Positions 53,143-64,000 of a stretch of 64,000 nt of DNA are shown in pieces (the stretch's first letter is position 1; every line of letters starts with the position of its first letter). Both the position numbers and the translations under genes were made by a program. Source of the DNA: the human T2T-CHM13v2.0 reference genome, Homo sapiens. The DNA lies in NCBI RefSeq assembly GCF_009914755.1, contig NC_060938.1; one strand, given 5' to 3'. The notes under the pieces are model-generated. The model searched no databases and was not told the origin of the DNA. It was given only the letters and a program-made list of their open reading frames with translations.

Positions 53143-55213
53143 CTGCAAGTAACAAAAAAAGATCAACCACATGCAAAATAAATATTTTGATTCAAATTTA
53201 TAAATAATGCAGATGGGTCATTCTTAGACATAACTTTTTAATCCTTATCATTTTTAAAATACCTTTTTGGGCAACGTATACTAATTGCTAGAAATTATGT
53301 CTTTGTCTAGATGAAGAAACATAGTTTTACTGCAATTTATAATTCTTATCATACTTTGAGTCCCTTCTAAGGAAGCTGTCCTGCATACAGCCTTTGCTAA
53401 AAAAGCAGTCCTATTTTATACACCCCTCCCACCCCAAATACACATAGTCTTTGCAGCACTGACCCCAGGATGGTCAATCCACAGGCTGGCGATGGCTGCT
53501 CAAACAGGATGAGCTAAGGCAATCATAGTCTTATTCTCAGGAGCTTAAGGAGGATAATGTGGGAAAATCAGGCTCTGAGTATCTAGAGCTGAAGTTAACA
53601 CCAATGATAGAGACAAAGGCTGTGAGAGGATATAACATTCTGTAAGAATGCAGAAACTATTAGGCAAGAGAAACAATTGGATGAAAAAAAGATTTATTGT
53701 AGACGATGAAGTCAGTTGATTCATCAAAAAGCAGCAGATATGCACACAAAGAAGCAGGCACTGGCAGGGTAGCTAAGTCACTCAATGGTAGATTCAGGCC
53801 CAAATATGCAAAGCTACTTGTTCTTGGAAGTCTAGTTCTTTAACTTTTCCTGGATTTCTGCAAACATTTACAGTATGACTGAGATTGCTATAATCTGACT
53901 TCCCTTGTATATGCTTACAATTAGTACTTTCTACTTCCAGTTACATGTCATTTAAAGCAATGGAACAGCTTTGGGTTCTTAACATCCAAAGAGTCCATCT
54001 GAAACCAAGTTAAAGCGGCCTGCAGATTGAATCTTTGTTCTCCATCCTCTTAAAGTGATACGCCCCACCTCCACTATAGCACATTCCAACATAACACTGT
54101 TCACAGGTATGCTCGCTTCCCCAACTGGAGCTAGCTCCTCAAAGGTGGGGTTTGTTCTTTCTTCGAGTCTCCAGGATCTAGCAGAATGTCTAACATATAT
54201 ACAGTATGTTTGTGGTAAATGTTTGTTAAAAGAGTGAATGAATTAAGATGAATTTATATTAACTTTAACTCTCCATCCCCATGGCCTTTTCCTAAATCTG
54301 CTTCAGCAGTGTGAATAGTCAACAGTTCACAGAGTAATTAATTGTACTGTCTGATACATCAATAACAGAACTTGTCCTCATTTTTCTCAGAATCCTTCCT
54401 CCCTCAAAGTCCACCCCTTGCCATCTTGTTGAGTTCAAACTCAAATGAGAAGTACAAAATTACACCTTTTATTAAGATATCCATGACTTTTTCTCTTGAA
54501 TTCACGAAAAATTAGGAGAAATTATTTTGTGCCAAATTGTTAACTCAGACTATTAGCTGTCCTGCTTAATGGAACAGAAAACTGATGTAAATTCAGAGCT
54601 TCAAAAGTTGCTATCATAATATAATTGCACATATTGGTACTGGCAGTACCAGAAAAATAATTTAGAATACTGATACAGTGTATATTCTCATTTTAAGTTA
54701 TAAATTATTTTAAAATAAAGCTTCAGAAAATGATAATTATTCGTACATTAGACACTATCTTACACAAGTTACTTTTTACTACTAATAAATTCTCACATAC
54801 TAAATTCTCACGTACTAAACATTCAAATACTGTACATGTGTTTTATTTATAGGTCCCAATTTCAAGGTAAAATGTGCTTCACTCGTGCTAGAAGTGAAAG
54901 AATATCCTAGAATTATTATCTAAACTGATTTTATCAAAATAGCTTTCCCAAGTAAAAACTAGAGTTATTTAAGTAGTTATTTGAGTAACTTCTTAGCAAT
55001 GTAGGAAAAAAATAATAGGAATTAATGTTCTCTATGAAATAAGAAAAAGGCTTAAATCTATTCTGTACACTATATTTTACATTTATTATTTTCAAGTTTA
55101 ACAGAATGACCACACACATGCATTTAAAATTTGCAGAATTCTATAAATATATTTCTACACATTTAAGGAACTATAAACTATATTAGTATGTATGTATTAT
55201 TAAATTTAGTAAC

Positions 55214-55525
<312 letters not shown>

Positions 55526-55745
55526 AATATTATCATTTACTGAACATTTACTATTGGCCAGACACTACTCTAAGTCCTTTACATGTATTGACTTATTTCA
55601 TTCTCACAACCCTACAAAGCAGGTATTTTTTAATTTCCATTTTGCAGACAGGAAAACTGAGGCATATGGAGGTTACGTAACTTGCCCAAGGTTATATACG
55701 TTACCAGTGGTAAAGCTAGAACTCATAGATAGTTTTGCTCTAGAG

Positions 55746-55965
55746 CAGGGATGTCCAATCTTTTGGCTTCTCTGGGCCACACTGGGAGAAGAATTGTCTT
55801 GGGCCACACATAAGATACAGTAACACTAACGAGAGCTGATGAGCTAAAAAAAAATTGCAAAAAAACTCATAATGTTTTAAGAAAGTTTACAAAATTTGTG
55901 TTGGGCCACATTCAAAGCCATCCTGGGCTGCATGTGGCTCACAGGCCACGGGTGGGACAAGCTTG
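55746..55965. mobile_element. MER30 hAT MITE inserted into a MIR
   Basis: CAGGGATGTCCAATCTTTTGGCTTC...GGGACAAGCTTG; perfect 8-bp TSD CTCTAGAG. Confidence 0.9.
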
Positions 55966-56113
55966 CTCTAGAGCCTAAGATTTTAATAAGTACCCTATTC
56001 TTAGTACTATTAATAATTTAAACATCATTTAATTTTCTTTATAGACATAATAATGTATATTTCCTCCATGCCACAGAGAAGGGAATTGGTTATGAAGGCA
56101 GAGTATTACTGAC

Positions 56114-56283
56114 CTGAGCTTTCACTGCCTCTGTCACTGCACTCGCTGCATCCACAAGGTCCCTGGTCTTTGCAGAACAAATGTCTAGTCCTAACTTTTC
56201 AGCAGTAACAAATGCATAAAATGCACCGCCATATGCAATGTCCACCATCACCTTTCCATGTCCAGGAACATCCACCATGAGAT
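56114..56283 (-). CDS. L3HYPDH: L3HYPDH coding exon 2 (aa 170-226)
   Basis: TTTTTTTAG|(D)LMVDVPGHGKVMVDIAYGGAFYAFV...EAVKAQ|GTCAGT; 170 nt; DIAYGG is a proline-racemase-family motif. Confidence 0.96.
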
Positions 56284-59200
56284 CTAAAAAAAAGATGTGT
56301 TTGGAAAGAAGACGTGTTTGTTAATAAGTATTTTAGCAATAAAATTCAAAGGATTTTTAATATGTTTATTTTTCAAGAGGGATGTTCTTTTCCTATCATA
56401 AAAATAATGAAGTAAAAATCCGTTTTTTAAATGAATAAGCATCGAGTGAATAATAGCTAGATGCATCATTCTATTTTTAACTTGATGATTGCAGAAGTTA
56501 TAAACTAAAGCCATGCTTTCCCTAACTCATACAGACATATTCATTAACTTCCCTGAGGATCTTTTCTAGGAAACACCCCTGAGGCCGAGAGAGGGAAACC
56601 CAAGGGCATCCCTGTGAACACTAAGAAGGAAAATGTCTATTCCCCACTTGTACTATGAGAGATGGTTTAAAATAGTGAGGGTCTTGGATCCTATTTACAA
56701 ATCAATTTTCTTCAGCCGTAATGTCAAAACATAAATTTTAATAAAAGATTTTTCTATATAAATTATATACACTTATCTACATGTTTTCATCTCCTTAAGG
56801 TATCCTGCAGGCAAACACAGAAAAATGCCATTGTAGAATCATTGACTGCTACAGCATCATTTTGCACCAGGGTTTTTATTTGAGCATTTTAAGTCTCAAC
56901 ATCCCCAAAGTTTCACCTGAAGGTCAGTAGTTTGAAATCTTGAATCTGTATTTCCAAAGAAAGGGGACTGGGTGATGTTTATTTTGCCCCTTCTCAAATT
57001 TTCCTCTTCCCTAATTTAAGCTAGCTTGGTGATCACTGCCTTTTAGGGAAGCCTATGGCAGGGGAGAAAGCTTGTCTTTCATGTTTTTATTTTAGGGAAG
57101 CCTAAGCTCTCAGGGGAAAGACATCTGTTGGCAAAGGAGTGTCCTGAAGGGAGAAATATTTCTCCTAGAGATAAATTTTTTCTCCCTTGAGAAGAGTGGA
57201 GGCTGAAGGTCCTTAGTGCAGAGAGGACGTGTGTTAACTTCCCCCAGGGCACCACAGGAGCAGGAGTGAAGAAACAGAGGATGGGGAGGCAGTGCAGAGG
57301 GCAAGGACCAGGTAGGGTGGGGCAGCCAATGCTCCTGCTCCACTTTGCTGGTTAACTGTGTAAGCTGAGGACTGAAGTGCCATCCTCTCCAAGGCCACAG
57401 CACTTTTAAGAAACCTTTGCTCACACATATCAGGAAAGGGGACAACACATGGAGTGATGAGGCTAAGTGAACCAAAAGGACAGAGTAGAGTTTCAGCTTC
57501 AGAAATTAAGTTTTGGGAAAGAAAATATATCTTGTGTTCCTGAGTTTTCATACAAGGTCATACAAAGATATCAGTATGCTATCAGTCCACAGAAGGCTAT
57601 CAGTATGCTATTAGTCCACACTAGTCCACAGAAGCCCTTTTAACCCATGATGTGTTAAAACAGAGCAAGTTTATAATCAAAAGAGTAAAACATGCTGTGG
57701 ATTGTAACAACAAAACTGAATCAAAAATGTCTTTATCTTGATGCTGGCGCAACATGAAAAGCAAGTTTAATGAAAAGAGAATGGGCAAGTTGATAGAAAT
57801 GAGGGACTGCTGGAAGGTGGAAAGCTAAAGTGAGGGTGAAGATCAGCACTTACCAGGAGACACAGGTGACGGTCCCAGGGTTCAGTCTGCCTGCCCTCTT
57901 CCCTTGATTGTAACAACTAAATGGGGCATTGGCCACCAATCCCGGGACCAGGATGAAATTGGGAAGCTGGTTCAGGAGAAGTCATCCCTGAGCCTACAAT
58001 CATTTCCCTGGCCCAACCTTTCTAGAATCTTGGGTCTGGTTTTCTTAGGGTGGGCAGTTGGGTAGGGTGCTACACCTCACTGAGTTTCAGTTTCCTTTTC
58101 TTTAAAATGGACCAAATTTCCTTTAAAGTTACTCTTGTCCACCAATTATCTGTGACTATTTCATTTTTTAATCACTAAATTACTAACATTAAAAATTAAG
58201 ATATTTATTTCACCCATGAGTACTTCCTATGTGGCAGGTCTTTACATACACTAGCCCCTTAATTCATTACATTAGTGCCTTAATTACTACAGCCCTGAGA
58301 GGTAGGTACTGTTTTACTTACTATCTTTACATTATTCCCTGGTTTACCCACTAAATAAGTGGCAGAGCTTGGGGTCAAACCCAGGACCAGGTGACTCCAA
58401 AGCCCAAACCCTTTCTACTAAAATATACAACCTCTATCCAGAACACAATCCAAAATCTAAGGGTTTTTCTTTTCTTCTATACAAGCATATCACTGAAATT
58501 TCAATTTGATTTACTTTGCTCAAGATTTAGTGAGCACCTACTATGTGCCGATTACTGTAGAAGATACGAGAAGTACAAGGAATAAAACATAGGCTTTTCC
58601 CCTTCTTGGAGTTTAGTTGGACAAGACAGATTTTAAAATGCTTTAAAATACACTAAGCACTATTCTAGAAAATTGAAACATATCTCCTTAAACTACAAAA
58701 AATTTTAAGGATGAGAGGGAAGCAATATGATAGGCCAGGGTTCCAACCCTAGTTCTGCCATTAGTGTGGCTTTGGTGTCTTGTGCAAACTGTAACTGCTA
58801 TTTCTCCTAAAAGAGTTGTTTTGAAAATTCCACGTATGGGGAGTTCCTGGCACAGATTACGGACTCGAAAGCCAAAACTTTAATTTCCAGTGGCAATAGG
58901 TTTCTCAAGAGGACCAGATGTTTACATTTGTCAATCAGCATATTCTTCTCCAAATTTCATTTATTTAGTTACTCATTCAACAAACATTCATTGACTGACT
59001 ACTCTTCTAGGCACTTAGAATACTGTGAACAAGAAAGAGTTTGCATTTTAGCCTGGTGGGGTGGAGATGAACTCAGCAACCCTCTGAGGTGGGTACTGTT
59101 GTCATCCTCATTTTGCAGACTGTGATACTGAGGCATGGACTCTCTAGCACAAGGTCACTGAGATGGGGAGAGGTGGGGCAGTGACCTTGAACACTATGTC

Positions 59201-60740
59201 TGCCTTGTATGCATTTTTCAAAGTAGAGAATATAGCATTTCATTTTCTTAACTCAGTGACCATTAATGCCCACTAATCATTGTACTGTCATACAGTGATG
59301 CTCTCAGGAACTACTGAGAGGAACTACTGAGGTCAAGTGGTTGACTGACCCTGCCCTAACTGACCCAGAAATGAGATGTAGTTTGTGTTCCTGCTGCCAG
59401 CTGCCATTTCCTACAGAAGTCTAGAGTGTTTCTACTCTGCTGCTGGAGTTGCCTAGGGGGAATTCTGGTAGCCACGCTAGTTAAACTGTTGAGGTTTTAA
59501 AAATGGAATCGTAAACATAAATTCTGTCTCCCTCAAGTGGACTCCCAGTCTGGAAGTGACACCATTCTCTGGGAAAATGGCATCAATTTCTCCAGAGGCA
59601 TTCTTCGTTAACTCGTGGATTTCAGCTGCCTAAGGTTGCTCTAAAAGTGCCTGTTCTATCACTTATCATTCATAATCAGGCTAATCTGAAACCTAGTTCT
59701 TCAGGGGGAATCAAGGTCCAACTTTCTAACAGATGATTTGCATGGCTTGAAGATTTTTAAGAAAAGGATAACTCTATTCCTGGTAAACTGGCTCCTGGCT
59801 CACTTCCAGTCACAATGACTAAAGCATTCTTACTGATAGAATTCAGCTCCTGGGAGGTAGTAGTCTGATGAGAAACCAGATGCCAGCTTGCCAGGTCATC
59901 CCTCCTGTAAGGGTTATGGTTATAGAGATGCCCTGCTTTATATGATAAGCTGTACAAGGATCTGTACTAGAGAATCCAGCAAAACCTTTTAATGGCTCAA
60001 TAGGCCTAGGGAACTTTAGCGATCATATAAACCTTGCAATCTATCTCCAGGAATACAGTATCTTGCATACTCTCATTTAATCCTAACAAAAAAACTCTAT
60101 GAGGGAAAAGAAGAAACACAGGCACAGAGAGATTAAGTAATTTGCCTAAGGTTGAACAGCTTTAGGGGGTTATCAGGATTTGAAACCAGGCAATGTGTGT
60201 TCCTGTTCTTAAAGAAAAGCAACATTAGTATCTTAATGATTTATAAACTGCTTTGTTCATTCATTCTCATTTAATTCTTCAAAGAAGTGGGGGAGGTGAG
60301 GAAAGGAGACCAGGTTTAGTAACTTATTAAGTGTGATTCTGTGTCTACCAAGCATATTCTCAGCCAGCCTGGAACCCTGGTACATTGGCTGTTCTTCGCT
60401 CTTTCCTTGACCCCACCGTACCTTGCTTTATCCACCGGTGAAATCTCTAGGAATGCCTCACCAGTGCAGAGGGAGGCGCTGAGTCAGGGTAACACGCAAT
60501 TCCTCGCTCCTCAAGGGTCTCCCAAAACCACAGGCGGATGGGAGTCAGGGAAAATCGAAATTACACGCACCAAATACGCAAGGCTGCTGACACACGTTGG
60601 CAGTGATTTACCTTTCTATTAATTGCAAGGGTTCGCGGAGTAGGTTAGTTGCCAGAGTTCCAGCCCAGAAAAACCGTTAATGTAGTTAGTCGCGTCCCGG
60701 TTGCAGCTCTGCCCTGGGCTGGAAAGGTCCCGCCCATTAC

Positions 60741-61248
60741 CTGTGGCCAGCACGAAGGCCGGGACGCTGTGGAAGCGCACCGGTCCGTGGCTGCGGCCGT
60801 CCTCGCATGCCACGAAGGCGGTCACCAGCCCGCAGGGGCAGTGGATATTGACGCGGGCCTCGCGGGTGCCCGCAGGGGGCGCCGGCACAAGCCCGAAGTC
60901 CAACGCGAAGCGGCCCAGCGCCAGCACTGCGTGGCCGCACATGGAGCTGTAGCCCTCGTTGTGCAGGAACAGGACGCCCAGATGCGCGTCCGGCAGCTCG
61001 CTCGGGACTAGGACCGCCCCGTACATGTCCCGGTGCCCTCGGGGCTCGAACATGAGCCGTCGCCGCACGTGGTCAAGGTGCTGGCGCATGTAGCGCCGCT
61101 TGGCCAGCAGGGTGGGCCCAGACACCTCCGGACACCCCGCCAGCACGATACGCAAGGGCTCGCCGCCCGTGTGCATGTCCACCACCGACAGCACCGGCGT
61201 CCCTGGATCATGCGGGGGCAGCCGGGGCACCGCCAGCGCGCTCTCCAT
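60741..61248 (-). CDS. L3HYPDH: L3HYPDH coding exon 1 of trans-3-hydroxy-L-proline dehydratase (spliced CDS 49893-61248, 354 aa)
   Basis: Strong Kozak ACCATGG; motifs DMHTGGEPLRI, EPRGHRDMYG and MCGH (Cys104); donor CAG|GTAAT. Exon lengths 508+170+123+138+126 = 1065 nt = 354 codons plus stop. Confidence 0.97.
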
Positions 61249-61521
61249 GGTCTGCGTCGGGGGAGACGAGTACGGTCCCGCAGCTATGGCTTCAAGCCCG
61301 ACCCTCACCCACTGACTCCGCGGGAGGAGGGCGGGACGCTAACCAGCCACGTCCGGGGGGCGGGGTCTCGGAGCCTAAACCCGGAAGCGAGGGAGGAACT
61401 TCGGAGCTGTCGCCCGGGTTACCGGGAGGCGGAGCCGCCGAGCTCGCTGTGGCCCGGATGTTCGGTGCAGCTGCCAGATCCGCTGATCTAGCGCTTCTCG
61501 AAAAAAACCTTCAGGCGGCCC

Positions 61522-61525
61522 ATGG
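61522..61525 (+). CDS. JKAMP: JKAMP exon 1 coding part (ATGG)
   Basis: CCCATGG|GTGAGT consensus donor; joins exon 2 in phase 1 to give MAVDIQP. Confidence 0.85.
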
Positions 61526-62002
61526 GTGAGTGGTCGCCAAGATCCCGGGAAGCGTTTCTGGTAGTCCCGACTACTTTCCTACACGGCTGGCCTCGGGCTC
61601 GGCTCTTTGTAGGCGGCCTTCGGTTGGCGGCGCAGGCTCGCCCCTTGACCCCGCCCGCCCTCGGGCCGGGCTCCGCACTCCTGCGGGGTTGGGGTGGTCT
61701 GTCCGCAACGGGCTACTAGGGGAGGCGCGCTGTCTGCGGCGAAATGCCAGGTCTTTGTTGTTTGGTCCGAAATGTCTCTTCAGTCCCTTAGTTTAATGTC
61801 GAGGGAACACTTGCTTGAGGGTTGACTTCGGAATTGAAAACGCGGGTGATAGTGCAGAAAAAACAGTAAAGCAGAAGCAAGTTGCTGCATAATTTGTCTA
61901 CTGCTTCAACCTCAAACGTAGATTTATAGCGCCCGTCACAAAGGGCAGGACCGCTGCAAAAAAATGGAATCTTAAAACTTTAGCCATCGTTCGCTAAAGG
62001 AA

Positions 62003-62048
62003 ATGAAAGGAGAAATTCAACAGTCGCTTGGAGCCTGGGTTTTGCTTA
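62003..62048 (+). CDS. JKAMP: Putative alternative first coding exon of JKAMP (MKGEIQQSLGAWVLL-T)
   Basis: GAAATG start, 15 codons plus 1 nt, then a GTAAGT donor; phase 1 matches exon 2. Confidence 0.55.
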
Positions 62049-62552
62049 GTAAGTGATAGGCTGTTTATTTCAGTTCAGTTTATCATACTGGTTTTCAGGC
62101 CTTGGATTTTGAGAAACTTTAGATTATTGATATTCACGTGTATTTATTAAGCATCTACTAGATGTAAAGCCCATACAGAAGTTTCCAATTCCTTAACTTC
62201 TGCATTCTTGAAAAATCTGAAATATTCATTTTCATGTATTAATTTAGAACATTGTGATTACAATTGGTTACAAAAAAAATAAGCGCCCATTAAAGAGGCC
62301 AGTGGGTTTAAAAAGCTAAGTCCGAAATTTGTTAAAAGCGAAAATATTAAACTGGAGGAATATTATTCAATGCTGTTTCTCTTTTTCTCTCAGCAGCATA
62401 AGGAGAAGGAAGTAAAAAGTCTGCTTGAATGTGAAAGGAGAGAAGGCACTGTAGACCAGGCAGTCTAGATTGTGAATTCGTGAATAATTTGGGAAATGAT
62501 TGTTCAAGAATAGTCAAAAGATGCATAATTTTTCAAATTAATTCACATGTAG

Positions 62553-62846
<294 letters not shown>

Positions 62847-63644
62847 CTGTTTGTTTGTTTTAATCAATGAATGAATGAAGGGAATCAGATGTCACTGATG
62901 AAGAAAACTTCCATAATTTCTTGTGAATAAGGTCAAAGACAACGTATTAGGTTCTTAGTTGTTGGGGTTTTTTTAAGTAAGGAATAGCTGCTTTTCCCCT
63001 AAGCCTTTAGATCAGGGGCTTAATTTTAATGCAGTGGTTTCTAAAATATTGGCCCAGTGACAGCCTTGATGAAATTTTCACTTATCCTCCACAAAAATGA
63101 TAAAAGCTAGGACAATGTAGGAAACTTTTTATAAAGGTAATTTGCATACCTCTGTTATGAAATTATGTTCTCTCTGCTTTTCCCATGTGAAAATGTGTTC
63201 TGTTATGAACATAGGTGATAATGATAATTGTGTGTCTACATGTGGGTGCTTAATGTCCTGACTGGGCAAAATACAAGGTGGTGACCCTCTACTGGTGCTC
63301 TAATTTAAAAATATATGTATATTTGAACTTTATAATCAGTTAAACTCAGAAGTATCCTCTAATCATACCGGGTTAGGCTTTGAGTCCTGGAGATAGATCC
63401 TGCTCTGCTGGTTGAGGACCTTAATCATAAGGCACGGTATTAACAGCAAGGTTCCAGGATAACTGTCTGCAGTGTCACAGTGTAAAAGGAGAAATGTAAA
63501 TTTAAAAATGCTTCAAGACTTTTGTCTAATACATATTATTCAAAAATTTGAAACTGTTATTTTTGCCAAATGCTTCAGCTATTATTGCAATTTTTTTTTA
63601 TAATCACAAAAGATGTTACTATACTGGCATTTGTTTTTAAAAAG

Positions 63645-63736
63645 CTGTCGATATTCAACCAGCATGCCTTGGACTTTATTGTGGGAAGACCCTATTATTT
63701 AAAAATGGCTCAACTGAAATATATGGAGAATGTGGG
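63645..63736 (+). CDS. JKAMP: JKAMP exon 2 (JNK1/MAPK8-associated membrane protein; gene continues beyond the window)
   Basis: AAAG|CT GTC GAT... gives AVDIQPACLGLYCGKTLLFKNGSTEIYGECG|GTAAGT; recognised as the Cys-rich N-terminus of JKAMP with an NGS sequon. Confidence 0.9.
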
Positions 63737-63849
63737 GTAAGTCTTATGTTTGTATCTTATTTCATTTTGTAAAATCTATTTGCTTTTGAAATATTTTCAC
63801 ATACAACATTTTTTGTTATTATACTCATTAATTTATAAAAGAATATGGA

Positions 63850-64000
63850 GGACCAGGCGCAGTGGCTCATGCCTGTAATCCCAGCACTTTGGGAAGCCTA
63901 GGTGGGTAGATCACTTGAGGTCAGGAGTTCGAGACCAGCCTGACCAATATGGTGAAACCCCATCTCTGCTAAAAATAGAAAAAAATTAGCTGGGCATAGT
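63850..64000 (+). mobile_element. AluS left arm (runs off the window end), JKAMP intron 2
   Basis: CCAGGCGCAGTGGCTCATGCCTGTAATCCCAGC... Confidence 0.92.

Larger units (their letters stand above)
60690..61760. promoter_or_regulatory. CpG island and bidirectional promoter for L3HYPDH and JKAMP
   Basis: Divergent ATGs at 61248 (-) and 61522 (+); GC box GGGGCGGGG near 61357; ETS site CCGGAAG at 61381; no TATA box. Confidence 0.9.

Noticed and set aside
60619-61308. 229-aa ORF treated as a complete protein with a 20-aa N-terminal extension
   Set aside because: It starts at a GTG in poor context; the true ATG is 61248 with a strong Kozak sequence. The C-terminal 40 aa are intron read-through past the donor at 60741.
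62374-62396. Strong polypyrimidine CAGCAG acceptor in JKAMP intron 1 suggesting a cryptic exon
   Set aside because: No convincing downstream donor within normal exon distance.

Overview
This is human or great-ape genomic DNA. From the encoded proteins I recognise the GPR135 - L3HYPDH - JKAMP locus (chr14q23.1, from memory). Bases 1-40 kb are mostly repeat-derived intergenic sequence: Alus, old L1/L2/MIR/CR1 LINEs and SINEs, MaLR/ERVL LTRs, and a 4.4-kb deleted HERV-H provirus whose 5' LTR and primer-binding site are almost entirely missing. The single-exon orphan GPCR GPR135 (494 aa, minus strand) lies in a CpG island at about 40.7-42.5 kb. L3HYPDH (trans-3-hydroxy-L-proline dehydratase) can be spliced by hand from five minus-strand exons into 354 aa, with Cys104 and Thr273 at the active site. 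It shares a roughly 270-bp bidirectional CpG-island promoter with JKAMP, whose first exons end the window. I see no convincing new multi-gene system. The best leads are the decapitated HERV-H, overlapping uORFs on both GPR135 and JKAMP, alternative N-termini of JKAMP, and inverted Alus flanking JKAMP exon 2. Repeat subfamily names are recognised by eye and their boundaries are approximate.
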